Shown here piece by piece: positions 52,492 through 64,000 of a stretch of 64,000 nt of DNA. Below the pieces are notes generated by a model. The model was not told where the DNA came from and ran no database searches. It saw only the letters and a program-made list of their open reading frames with translations. The stretch lies in assembly GCF_009914755.1 (NCBI RefSeq), contig NC_060932.1, one strand, 5' to 3'. A program made the translations under genes and the position numbers. Position 1 is the first letter of the stretch; each line of letters begins with the position of its first letter. Source of the DNA: the human T2T-CHM13v2.0 reference genome, Homo sapiens.

Positions 52492-52937
52492 CTTATGGGC
52501 TGAATTTTATCTTCGAAAGTCCTAACCTCTAGTACCTGTAAATGTGACCTTATTTGGAAAGAAAGTCCTGATAGATGTAATCAATTAAGATGGGTTCATA
52601 CTGGATTAGGGAAGTCTCTCATTCAATGATTGGTGTCCTTATAAAAGGGAAATCTGGACCCAGACATACAGAGATAAGAATGTCATAGGAAGATGGAGAC
52701 AGAGATTGGAGTGATGTGTCCACACGACAGGGAACACAAACGATTGCTGGAAACCACAAGAAGCTAGGGAGATGCAAGAGAAGAGTCTCCCCTAGAGCCA
52801 TTGGAGGGAACAGGGCCCAGCTGGCATCTTGATTGCAGGCTTCTAACCTCCAGAGAACTGTAAAGGAATACAATTCTGTTGTTTTATGCCACTCAATTTG
52901 TTCTAATTTGTTGCAGTAGCCCTGGAAAACTAACAGA
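52492..52937 (+). mobile_element. MLT1C-like MaLR solo LTR
   Basis: tatgggctgaatt...aatgtgaccttatttggaaa...gagattggagtgatg...cctccagagaactgt...gcagtagccctggaaaactaa. Confidence 0.8.
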
Positions 52938-53796
52938 AAAGTTAGCTTGGACTTCAGCCTGCCTTGGCTTTAGCAATAACGTATGTTTTGTTGAGTATAA
53001 AGTGAGGCCCATGTCACATGATATGGGGGTGGTACTATGGTCAAATGGAGCTGGGAATGTGTCCAATACTTCCTCCTGCCCCATCCAGGAAGACACTGAG
53101 AAGGGTGCGAGAGATAGAGGGTGGCAGATGGAGTGAGGGAGGCAGGACCACATGTGGTGGGTGGCTTGTGCTAAAGAACTGAGCTGGGCCAGTGAGATGT
53201 GAATAAAGAACACGTGTTCTGATGGTGAGGCAGGAGCCCTCATTACTTGATCTAAAGAACTGAACACCTCATTTTTTTCCAATTGCCCAAAATGAGGCCA
53301 TAAAAGGTAAACCAACTTGGACCTGTGTTTTGATTTTGAGCATCTGTTAGGCTCGGACCAGCTAAAACCCATTGACTAGGGACTGGCTCCAATTTTATAT
53401 TTTATACAATGCCAAGGACATTGTTAGTGGGTTCATTAAAAGGTTCAGTTAACTGACACGAATGCTTAGAAGCATTGGGGAGATAATTACTCAACGTGTA
53501 CACCCTGAAATGTATGAAATTATTAATAATAGAAACCCAAGCCAAGACAGTATTCTTGTTAAAATGAAACTAAGTAGGAGATAATGGAAGTGAAAGGTAT
53601 CTGAAGATGGTTTTTTCATTATTTGGCTTACCTCATGGTGGAAGCACCCATTTCAAAATAGTTTCTAAATGTATGTGTATAAACATTTCAAAGACAATAA
53701 TTGTAACAATAGTTATAACATCCTGTTAGACTAGTCACCTTTCAACAAAGCCAGTAAGCCAAAATAAATAAATCTTGCCAAAGCTTCTCTCTTATC

Positions 53797-53908
53797 AAGG
53801 TGAACAACTCATTCCAGTTTACCTAGGAACATCCCAGGTTTAGCCCTAAAGGTCCTGCATCCCAGGAATCTCCCCAGGCCTGGGTAAACCTGAACATTTG
53901 TCCCCCTG
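53797..53908. mobile_element. MER81-like hAT-Blackjack MITE
   Basis: aggtgaacaactcattccagtttacctagg...ctgggtaaacctgaacatttgtccccct, inverted ends. Confidence 0.6.
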
Positions 53909-54099
53909 CCTCTAATAATGAAGAGCATGGTCACATGAGCAGGCACTAAAGGGCAGAAAACTGATCCAAAGATCCAAAAGGTAAGTTCAAAGAAGAATCT
54001 TATAGGGTAAATACTGGTCCAAGGGATGAGGCTAAAACAAGGCCAGCAGGCTGAAGAGCAAAGATCAGTTTTCAAGAGCACTCACACTGGCTTCTCACA

Positions 54100-54895
54100 A
54101 CCACAGGGTTGGTTTCTTCTAAGGCCTCTCTCTTGACTGTAGGTGGCCTTCCTCTCCCTGTGTCTTCACGTTGTCTCCCCTGTGTGTATCTGTGTCCTAA
54201 TCTCCTCTTCCGATAAGGACACCAGTATTGGATCAGGGCCCACCAGGATTGAGGCAGGAAAATAGGGTCTGGAGGCAGGGAACCTAAGACCATTTCATGC
54301 TGACTTCCTAGAACTGAATTGAAAGGAAAATCCTAACTTTCCAGCCTAAGTAACAAAAGGACCAGAGACTACTCCCTTTGCAAACCCCCACCTTTTCTGC
54401 ACAGCAGATGGGAAATTGAAAGTACCTCTGATTGGTTGATTTTTGCAACCAATCAGACATTTGCATAGGAGTGTGACCTTTGGAACTTCACTTCAGCCTC
54501 TGGTTGATTGCTTTCTGCAACCAATTAGACTGACGGCGGGCCACCACTTCATTTACATGAGGTGAGCACCAAGTGGTCAATGGGAAACCCCTAGAGGGTA
54601 TTTGGACTCAGGAAGATTCTGTATCTGGGCTCTTGAGCCCCTGTGCTGGGGCCCACTCCCACCCTGTAGAGTGTGCTTTTGTTTTCAATAAATCTCTGCT
54701 TTTGTCGCTTCATTCTTTCCCTGCTTTGTGCATTTTGTCCAATTATTTGTTCAAAATGCCAAGAACCTGGACACCCTCCACTGGTAACAAGATGACCTCA
54801 TTTTACCGTAATTACCTCTTTAAAGACCCTATCTTCAAATATAGTCACATTCTGAGGTACTGGGGGCCTAAGACTTCAACACAAGAATTTTAAGG
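54100..54895 (-). mobile_element. MLT1A/B-like LTR split by MER51
   Basis: gtgtcctaatctcctcttccgataaggacaccag / atgacctcattt...tagtcacattctgaggtactggggg. Confidence 0.75.
54250..54789 (+). mobile_element. MER51 (A/B) ERV1 solo LTR
   Basis: tgaggcaggaaaatagggtctggaggcagggaacc...ccctccactggtaaca; 4-bp TSD ggat/agat. Confidence 0.8.
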
Positions 54896-56029
54896 GGAAA
54901 GATACTAAACATAGTGGATGACTTCTGGGAAATACAATTACAGCCCTGAAAACATGAGCATCACCAGAAGTCATGTATGTTAGAGGTTTAAGAAGACCAC
55001 CAGTTCCCAGATAGCTTACCTACATTTCATAGTATTCGTTTACCTAAGTCCCACAGCCTAAACATTTTTAAAAAGTGAGACTAACAGTTAGGAACCACAG
55101 AGGAACTAGCACAGGAGAAAAAAAAATAGTGAAAGACAAAGAATCAGTTCATTCATGGCATCTAACATTCACACTGCACTTGATAGTCTGTGAGCATTTT
55201 CCACCTATTATTTCATGCATCTGCACAACAAGCCTGTGAGCCAGGGTCCTTACTCACAACCAAAGTCCCCCACACCCAGTTCCAACCACGCGGGTGCTTA
55301 AGTGCATGGTGACCATATTATTACTTGCTTTTGGCTTTGTGCTGTGTGGCTTGCTCTGTGGCTCATCATAAGATATTTATTCCAGATCCCTTCCCGGTGA
55401 GACATGTAGATGCTGTTTCATCAGAAGTTGCGTGGGTCATGAAGCCCAAGGCCAGCAGTTCTGGATGCCTCCATGAAGCTGGATATTGCTTACTTGTTAG
55501 CATCCCTCTCTGGCAATCATCAATAACCTCTTTTCAAAAGTACCTCCTTATACAAGACTCTTATCAACTGATTTCATCATTTTTAGCACTGAAACCTTGG
55601 TCTTCCTGCTCTCTGCTCTGACAGCATCTCTCTGATAACCTGAGAAATCAGAGTTTCACCCCTGAAACTAAACAGGCCATTATTTCCTAATTTTAAATGA
55701 TGACATGACAAGCCTTCACCCTGTTTCTTATTTCCTTGAACTCTCCCACCCTCACCAGCAGCCAACACAAATCACAACGCAATGCAAAGGCCAGGCCACA
55801 GAACACGCTGTGAATCGACAGTTTCAGAAGACGTCATTCACACAATGTGCAAGGCACTTCCTGCACAGCCATCTCTGTGCCCCTGCAAAGGGCATGTGGC
55901 ATGAGGCAGTAAAATAAGTATAGTCTGTGTTTGGGTATGAAAGGTGGTGGGTGGGGCGTGAATACATCCAAGATATGCTTTAGGACTAAGTCAAAAGAGA
56001 ACTGAGAGTGAGAAAGAAGATTGGGATGA

Positions 56030-56430
56030 CCTCCAGTTGCCCATCCAGATCCCTGGAGACTGATCTTCATGTGCTAAATTAACTATGTCCCCTTACCCTC
56101 TGGCTTCTAGATGGGCTGGGGTAATGGGAAGGACTGCAGAGGGTGGAGGGTGGGATGAGAGAGCAATTGGGGTATTTATCCTCCCCATTTCCTCCTCACC
56201 AGGCCCCAGTTTGACAATGGTGCATTCCTCTAACCCCAGGCTCAGCTCCTGCCAGTCTTCCCTCTCCAGCTAATCCTTTCTCAAGGAACTCTTCCTCCCC
56301 GGCCTCTTCTGGCCTGAGGATTCTAACAGCTTCCCAAGTTGCTGGCCCTGGGGGGCTGCATCATCCCTCACTGGTTTCCCTTAACCTTGCTGACCCCATA
56401 GAAATAATTCTTCAATTAAACTCTCTTAAA
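56030..56430 (+). mobile_element. LTR33/LTR16-like ERVL LTR
   Basis: accctctggcttct...ggggtatttatcc...ggtttcccttaaccttg...ttcttcaattaaactctct. Confidence 0.55.
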
Positions 56431-56619
56431 TCACTCCTTATACATTCATTTAATCAGCAACCATAATTGAGCAACTTTGGTAGGCCTCGTGTCATTCACC
56501 CTAAAAGAAACAAGGATGAATAAAACTGGTCTTTCCCCTAAGAGAGTTTTGAAGCATCTTTTTTCTTCTTCAGACATCAGACCCTGCCTTCCCTATGAGG
56601 AGGGAGGGCACCAGACCCT

Positions 56620-57095
56620 GCCCTCCCAAACACTTGGAATTTAACCAGCCACTCCTCAGTTTCTTGTACCATGATGGCCACATGAACTAGGTTTGGCCAC
56701 TTATGATACTCATCCCCTGCCACAGTGATTGGCTCAGGGATGAGCATGTAACCCAACACTGACTTCATCTCTCACTGGTAATTTTGTCAGAGCTACTATA
56801 GAAGTTTTTTTCCTTTTTCTAAGCTTGTTAATTGTGAGGGTGTTGTGAACCTGGAGCTGTTGATGGCCATGTTGGCTTCCCTATTGGAGAGAACCAACTG
56901 AGAATTCGGTCAACACAGATGAAAGCAGAGATGGGAGGTAGAAAGTGTGAGAAAGACAGGTTCCTAACATTCTTTGTATACCTTGATCCAAATGGATCTG
57001 AATTCCATCTCTGGAATGTTCAGTTATCCAAGCTATTTTGTCTAAGCAATTTGAGTTAGATATCTGTCTCCTGCAAACAAAACAGTCCTGAGTAG
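56620..57095 (+). mobile_element. Old MLT1 (K/L-like) LTR
   Basis: ccacagtgattggctcaggg...cctggagctgttgatggccatg...ctgcaaacaaaacagtcctga. Confidence 0.5.
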
Positions 57096-57527
57096 TAAAA
57101 ATGGCCTCCTTTACTAATCCATGCTACACCAATAGTCCAAGGCACCAAAGACTTGTCAAGGGAAAGAATTCTTTCACACAGTCACTAACAGTATCTTTAG
57201 AGAATGGGGAGCAGGTGGAAAAGAACATTCCAAAGTGCAACACACTTAGATGAGACAAGAATGTTAGATCTTAACTTTAGGGATTTCCCCTACATGTCTT
57301 GAAATTTAAATGTATTCATTTTAACATAAGTAAACAGGGAGAGCCAAGTCCTTATCAAGAGACAATATGCCCATATCAAGATATACAATTGATCCTTAAA
57401 TCTTGACATCAAGATTTTGTTCCCACAATAATGAAGTTGAATTGCCATGTGCTTCTGTCAGATAATGACATTTAGGTTGATGTTGTCATTAATAAAAAAA
57501 AAAAAAAATCAGAAATAGCAATCTCTC

Positions 57528-57880
<353 letters not shown>

Positions 57881-58454
57881 AAATAGCAGTCTCTGAAAAC
57901 TAAGAGCAAAAACTTTGTTTTGTCCTTTCCATTTAATACTCACTGAAAAAAAAATCACACTTTTCCTAGCTTAATGCAACATGAAAATTCAGAAATAAAA
58001 CCTAAATTATTTTCATATTCCTCATTTATCAACACTTACAACAAAAGGCCTCTTCAGCATACATAGCACACAAACCAAGATGAACAAGTTTTGTTCAGAT
58101 CAAAACAATCAAATATATTGCAAATTTCTTCCTCAAATAGGAGCTTTTCATAACTAAACTCAAGGAGGAATAAATCACAAAATGTTATATCCAGATTCTT
58201 TTATTAATGTGACATTAAATCTTGAAAATCCCACAGCAACTACTTTTAACAATTTTAAAGAATCCAAGTCATTTTCATGAGATGTCTTTTTCAATGTTTT
58301 TCAATGCTTCCTCAAAAGTTAATTATTTAAGCTGAAGTCCTGGAATGTTTAGGCTTTGGGGCACCACTGAGAGAAACAAAAGCTGGAGTTACAAGAGCAG
58401 AGCTGGGAAATTTTTGAGAAAATCGTCAAGAAACATAAATGCTTGAGGGACTCA

Positions 58455-58965
58455 GAGAGTTTACACACATGTTCACGGCAGCATTATTCACATTAGCCAA
58501 TAGGTGGAAGGAACCCAAACGTTCACCAACAGATGAGTGGATAAACAAAACGAGGTATATACATACAGTGAGACATTATTCAACCTTAAAGAGAAAGGAA
58601 ATTCTGACACATGCTACAACATGGGTGAACCTTGAGGACATTATGGTAAGTGAAATAAGCCAGTCATAGAAGGACAAATATTGTATGATTTCATTTATAT
58701 GAGGTGCCTAGAGTAGTCAAATTCATAGAGCAGAACGGTGGTCGTCAGGGGCTGTGGGGAGGAGGAAGTGGGGAGTTGTTGTTTGATGGTAAGTTACAGA
58801 GTTTGAGTTGGGGAAGATGAAGAAGTTCTGGAGATGGATGGTGGTGATGGTTGCACAATAATGTGAATGTACTTAATGCCACTGAACTGTACATTTAAAA
58901 ATGGTTAAAATGGTAAAGTTTATGTTTTGCATATTTTATACCACGACCAGCAACAAAAACCCTCA
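58455..58965 (+). mobile_element. L1MB-type 3' end
   Basis: atgttcacggcagcattattcac...gttctggagatggatggtggtgatggttgcac; possible TSD aaatgctt(ga/aa). Confidence 0.85.
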
Positions 58966-58989
58966 AAAATGCTTAAAGGAGCAGGCAGA

Positions 58990-59290
58990 CATATGGGCAC
59001 GTGAAGCCAGTCAGGATGTGTGACAGACAGAAGGGTGAGGACCAGTGTGCACGCGTCCTCTCTAAAGAGAACACGCATCACTCAGCTCTCCAATTGCTGT
59101 CAGGCAGGAACTGGACCCAGTATTATATGTGGATATTATGATTTTTCAGGAGAAGCCTGAAATCCGCATTTTTATAAAATATCCTCTTTTTTTTAAGTTA
59201 GCAACAAATTTTAAAAAGTTTTTAAAACACTGCAAGTCAAATAAAGGGTGTCTGCAGGCCTCTAGCGGACTACCTGGTTTAGTGGTGAAT
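58990..59290. mobile_element. hAT-Charlie MITE (MER102-like)
   Basis: actcagctc...cccagtatt...gatttttcaggagaagcctgaaatccgcattttta...aaaacactg...gtctgcaggcc. Confidence 0.5.
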
Positions 59291-60364
59291 TAGCAGCCCT
59301 CTATAAACGAAGGCTGCATTGGATCCAGGGCAGAAAGCCGAGTCCTAACAGTATTAGCTTGTGCAGGCAATTATTTCCAGATTGTGTTGCTGTATGCATT
59401 CACAAAGGAAGGCCTAGGAATATATCGCAACCATAACCTTATTCTCGGAAGCTTTGAACAAGTGGAAATGGGGTGTTTTATGTGTGTGTTTTGTTTTCCT
59501 TTTGTGTGGCTAAAATGAGAGCCTTTGGAATTCTTGTATGTATAAGAACAGGCTGTTCATTTATTGACCAGTGTAATAGATTCCCACATTAGTCTCAGAC
59601 TAGAAATGAATGCCCCTTTGAAGAAAGGGTAGAATAATAAAGATGTGAACAGCATTTATCCAAATTACATGAAGGGCAACTTAGCAGTATTAACACCTCT
59701 CACTCTTACAAATGGGGCTGTGTGGGAGCCTGAATTTTAAAACAAAATCAATGTTTTAATTTTCTATCTTATGGAGTTGAAGCTGGGGGTGGGAGAATGA
59801 CTTCTAAATAATAAAGCATCTTATAACAAACTAACATGAGTTGTAACTAAGTAAATGCAACTCTGAAACAGAACTCATAGCTCTTAAAACTCATCCTCTA
59901 TTCTTCAAAATAATCAATTTTATTTGTAGTGTTTTTCTTATTATTGCTATACTGTAAATGAAGCACATAATGTCTTTTGAGTAAGAATGTGATGTAATTC
60001 ATTGATTGCTAGGCAATAATATTCAATTCATTTTAACAAATGTATATTGAGCACCTTTTCAATGCTCAGAATTGTGATGGGCACAGCAGGTAATACAAAA
60101 AAAAATTGTGTCCATCCTCCTGTCACAATTAACGCTCCACCCAACAACACAGCTCACATTTCAAATACGGCAACGAGGAAAGCAAACGTGAAGCAATTAG
60201 CGCAGAGACGGAGGCAGAAACTACCCTGCAGCTCCCCTTGAGTTCCACAGGGAGGAAACATTTTGTGCCCTAATACCCCTAACCCTTGCTGGGGGTCCCC
60301 TTGTTATGGCACATGCGTCAGAGCTGGCAGGGACACCAGAGGACATGGAGCAGTCTTCCGCCTT

Positions 60365-60500
60365 CAGATTTGGTATTTATTGCACAGATGAGGTATCTGA
60401 GGCTCAGTTAAGGGATTTTTCCAAAGGCACCTAGCAAGTGGAAAAAGGGAGCAGAACCCGGAGCCCAGCTTCCGAGGCATGACCCCCCAGCCCCGCTCCA
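60365..60500 (-). mobile_element. MIR fragment
   Basis: cacagatgaggtatctgaggctcag...ccaaaggcacctagcaagtgg. Confidence 0.55.
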
Positions 60501-61149
60501 CTGCCCATTGCCTCAGCAGCAGCGAGCGTTCTTCCTCCACTGCCGAAGCACTTCCTGAGCTCCTCCTTCTGCACACCAGGCTCTGCCCAACCCCAGCGGA
60601 TGTCTCGGATGCAGTTCGTTGCATTTATGAAAGTTTAATGGCAAGATCAAGGGAGAGGAGAGAGAGAGGGGTGGGTGAGCTCTCGGTTTCCAGCTGGGCC
60701 TCCCAATTCTTGTGCCCCTCAGGGGTCACTACAGGTCCAAGGCCTGGTCCTCAGCTCTGCACATGCAGGAATTTGATTTTATCAGTTCACTCGGGAGTGA
60801 TGAGACCCTAGGGGACCAACTCATGCCAACTAAATGCTCAAGACGCTGATTGATAAACCAGAAGGCCACTTTACTTGAGTATCCTGGGAAACATATTGTC
60901 GGGTGGATCCAGATATGCTTCTCTTGGGTTTTGAAGTCCTTTTGGGGAAACCAGATGAGTAAGGGGAGACTCTGTGGAAAATACAGACTCAGAGGAAAGG
61001 AACCTTGGTGGACTCAGCTCCACGCCAACCTCCCAGCTGTCCCCGTGCCTTCCCTCCCCTCTACTGTACTTGCCAACGATTGCCACCTCTCTTCTCCCTA
61101 AACACACTCTACCCCTTTCTCTGCCTGTTCAAATCCTATTAATAAGTTA

Positions 61150-61395
61150 ACACCTAGTGAGTGTTTGCTTACTACAGGATGGGCACAGTTCTAATAGTTT
61201 TATATAATTTCCCTAACACCCAATTCTCTCTTAAAAGAGAGAATAATGACAGTCCATACCGCACAGTGTTAGGAAAATTATATAAAACTATTAGAGATAA
61301 AGGCTCAGGAGGGTTAAGTAACTTGCCCATAGTGACGCAGCTAGCAAGACACCACCAGGATTCAAACCCAGGCAGTCAGACCCTAGAGCCCATGT
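61150..61395 (-). mobile_element. MIR fragment(s)
   Basis: aggctcaggagggttaagtaacttgccc...ccaggattcaaacccaggcagtc. Confidence 0.6.
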
Positions 61396-61399
61396 TGGT

Positions 61400-61557
61400 T
61401 GTTTTTGTTTTCTTTTCTTCTCTTTTCTTTCTTTTTTTTGAGACATGGTCTTACTATGCCACTCAGCCTGGAGGGTGGTGGTGCAGTCACAGCTCACTGC
61501 AGCCTTGACCTCATGGGCTCAAGCAATCCTACTGCCTCAGCCTCTAGAGTAGCTGGG
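61400..61557 (-). mobile_element. AluJ right-arm fragment
   Basis: T-rich tail, gagacatggtctt...agctcactgcagccttgacctc..ggctcaagcaatcct. Confidence 0.85.
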
Positions 61558-62539
61558 AGGCACTCTGACCCCCTCAATGCCTATCTCACTGTTGTTTGCA
61601 ATTGAAAAACCTCAAAACAGCATGCGAAGAAATAACAATTGTTAAATATGAAAGTCAACATTACATGAAAATCAACAGAAGAGAAACATTTTGGCATATG
61701 AGGGGACTTTTTTAATCCCTTAAATACAAGTTTTTAAATAAGTGAGAAGGCAACTGCCTGAAAAATTTGATAGGCAAAATAAGCTGATAATTTGTTCCAA
61801 TGGACATCTGGGATCATTGTAGCAGGTGGAGTAAGCAAAGAGACACGGCAATTCTGTTAGTACAAAGTTATATCTACAAATACACACACGCATACGCATA
61901 CAAACACATACACACAAACTGCTACTGAACATCTGAGGTCGCGTAGCCTCAAACTATATCCGCACGCGTGAAGACTTGCTGGTTTAACCTCCACACGACT
62001 TCAAGTCCCTGATTATATACTTGGTTCCTGATTATATAGTTAAAAACCAAGCAATTATTTCCCAGTGAGTATTAAGATCATCGATATATAAACTGGGGAT
62101 TTTAATCATTAGCTAAATAAACTGGGTTTTAAATCCTAGGCACTGTGAAGGTTTACACAAAGCCTGTATGTAATTTACCAAAGTCATTTTAATGCCAGAA
62201 CAGCTTAGATTTCAAATAGGGGGCACCTAGCAAGAGCCCTTCAAGTCTTATCCTTCTGCTTGATCAAAAAGTAAAGACAAAACCATCCTGTGATTGTTTT
62301 TCTCAAAAAGTTGCAAATCCAATAACCATTTTCTTTGACTTAATATCATCATCTTTCAGAATTATAACCTAAAAAAACCACAGAGGATGTAGGCCTACCC
62401 CTGCACTTGGGATTTCCTAGGTCTTTAAATTTGTCACATAAGAATCAGCCTGTGGTCCAGTCTGCTTTTCCTGGGCCCCAAAACCTTTATTACAGCTGTC
62501 CAGTTATTTGTAATAGACCTGCAAATGTTCAGTAGCGAT

Positions 62540-63075
62540 GTGGGTTGTTTTTGCATGGACAGTATCCCTTCCCATTTCTTGTAATACTAACATGTCAATT
62601 GTCACGGGAGACCACACTCCCCCATTCCCAGTCCATGTGCTTCAATGCATGTGTGGGGAGTGGAAGGAGATTTAACCCCTTCCCAGGGATGGACAATGAC
62701 CCAGGCCTGACCAATCAGCTTGCCTGCCATGTTTGGTTGAACAATAGGCATGAAACCAATTCAGGGCAATGAGAATCAAACCTGGGAACTTTGCAGTAAC
62801 TATGGGGAAAGAGAAGCTCTCTGCTGGGATTGTTCAGCGAACAGATAAGCCTGGAGCTTCTGATGGTATCTCGATATAATGTAGAGAGGACGTGCCTGAG
62901 GATAAAATCAATCCAGAGGAACACAGAGCCAAGAGATAGATTTCTGATAATATTGCTTGAGACCTTGATACGGGCCAGCCTTTGCCTTTACAATCACATG
63001 AACCAATTAATTTGATTTTTTTTCTAAGCCGCTTTGAATCAGGTTTCTATCATTTGTAACCTAAAGAGATACAGA
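62540..63075 (+). mobile_element. Old MLT1 (K/L-like) LTR
   Basis: tgacccaggcctgaccaatcag...gcctggagct...ctaagccgctttgaatcaggtttctatcatttgtaacc. Confidence 0.55.
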
Positions 63076-63629
63076 CTGTATAGCTATAGATACATACAGA
63101 TTCTTTTAAGTTGAAACTTTGTAAAGATAACAAAAAATGTTTATCACAGTATAAAATGAGTTTGTACCAGAGATGTTAATTTCCTGCTATGAACCACTTC
63201 CCATTCCAGTGTGCACTGCCTTTCCCACAATCCCCTGCTCAGGGAAATGGCCACCAATGAAACTAAGATAAACAGCAACACAAAGGCAGGTAATTATTTT
63301 GCTGCCCGGGCTCCAACAGCTTGTGTTGCCTTTCTCAGTGAGCTGGACTAATAGGAATCTCTTGCTTATAGATTTATGCCAGGACATGCTGAGGGAAATT
63401 GAAGTCTCATGGTACAGACTTATGGGTTTGGTTGACCCTTCAGGGGCCATACGTAAGATAAAGAAACAAGATAGGACAGAAGAAGAGGGGCTAATTGAGC
63501 AGAGACCACATGACCTCTGAGAAAGAAAATGGCTCCATTCCCGATTTTCCAGTCCCTTGTTTTGAACCCCATGAGGCCCAGCTGTACTTTGATTCACTGT
63601 CATGGAATCTATTCCAGGAACAGGTCTAG

Positions 63630-63835
63630 AATAGTGGTTAGAAATCATGGCTCCAGAGTGACCTGCTGGGTGCGACTCCTGACTCCCACTTCGCACACAC
63701 CTGCCTTAGAGAACATCCTCTATGCCTGCTCCTCCATAGTAAAATGGGAATAATAACACACTACCTCCCAGGATGGGCGAGAAGATTCCGTGAGATAATA
63801 TACTCGGAACAGTGTCTGGCACATAGTGAGGTCTG
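63630..63835 (+). mobile_element. MIR SINE
   Basis: tagtggttaga...gtaaaatgggaataataacac...acagtgtctggcacatagt. Confidence 0.65.
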
Positions 63836-63940
63836 AATCAATGAGAGTAGTAGTCATTGCTACAAGAACCTCCGTTACTCAAATTAGTTTGAGTGACATC
63901 CTAGTCCTTTACCACCAAGAGGGCACATCTAGAACAACAA

Positions 63941-64000
63941 TTTTTTTTTTTTTTGAGATGGAGTTTCACGCTGTCAACCAGGCTGGAGTGCAGTGGCGCA
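63941..64000 (-). mobile_element. Alu 3' end, runs off the window
   Basis: T-tail then gagatggagtttcacgctgtc..ccaggctggagtgcagtggcgca. Confidence 0.9.

Noticed and set aside
52893-53372. 159-aa ORF (minus strand)
   Set aside because: Ends in an MLT1 LTR and resembles no protein family I know
58439-58669. ORF resembling the L1 ORF2 C-terminus (MFTAALFT..W..P..P..DEWI)
   Set aside because: Remnant of a truncated L1MB, not a gene; likewise 4865-5068 and 26626-26823
63187-63696. Longest ORF (169 aa, minus strand)
   Set aside because: Starts in a MIR, has no recognisable domain or exon structure, and this length is expected by chance in 64 kb
62210-63930. CTCF-like motifs caaatagggggcac (near 62213) and ccaagagggcac (near 63915)
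   Set aside because: Mismatches at 5' core positions; not supportable without a matrix scan or ChIP data

Overview
This is human euchromatic non-coding DNA; a near-consensus AluYb8 at 7722-8047 identifies the species. I find no supportable protein-coding exon, RNA gene, CpG island or CRISPR-like array, and the ORF track is explained by repeats or chance. Roughly half the window is recognisable transposon sequence: about 14 Alu/FLAM copies, L1 and L2 fragments, MIRs, MaLR/ERVL LTRs, MER50 and MER51 LTRs, hAT/Tigger MITEs, and a two-LTR MER41A provirus (44551-50356) inserted into an L2. L1s and LTRs lie mostly on the + strand, which suggests a large intron of a minus-strand transcript that I cannot name. 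The most notable structures are: (i) a unique, CpG-retaining element at about 39.3-39.9 kb with a perfect NRF1 palindrome, a 30-nt A-tract and a candidate minus-strand first exon; (ii) an AluJ and an L1 stacked at one target site, with three TSD copies and a twin-priming inversion; (iii) several dispersed local duplications (169, 48 and about 80 bp) that look like templated-insertion repair scars; (iv) a PATRR-like AT-rich inverted repeat; (v) duplicated LTR-end/PBS units in two ERV1 elements. I cannot support a genuinely new biological system here. Repeat subfamily names come from recalled consensus sequences, and boundaries of old repeats are approximate.
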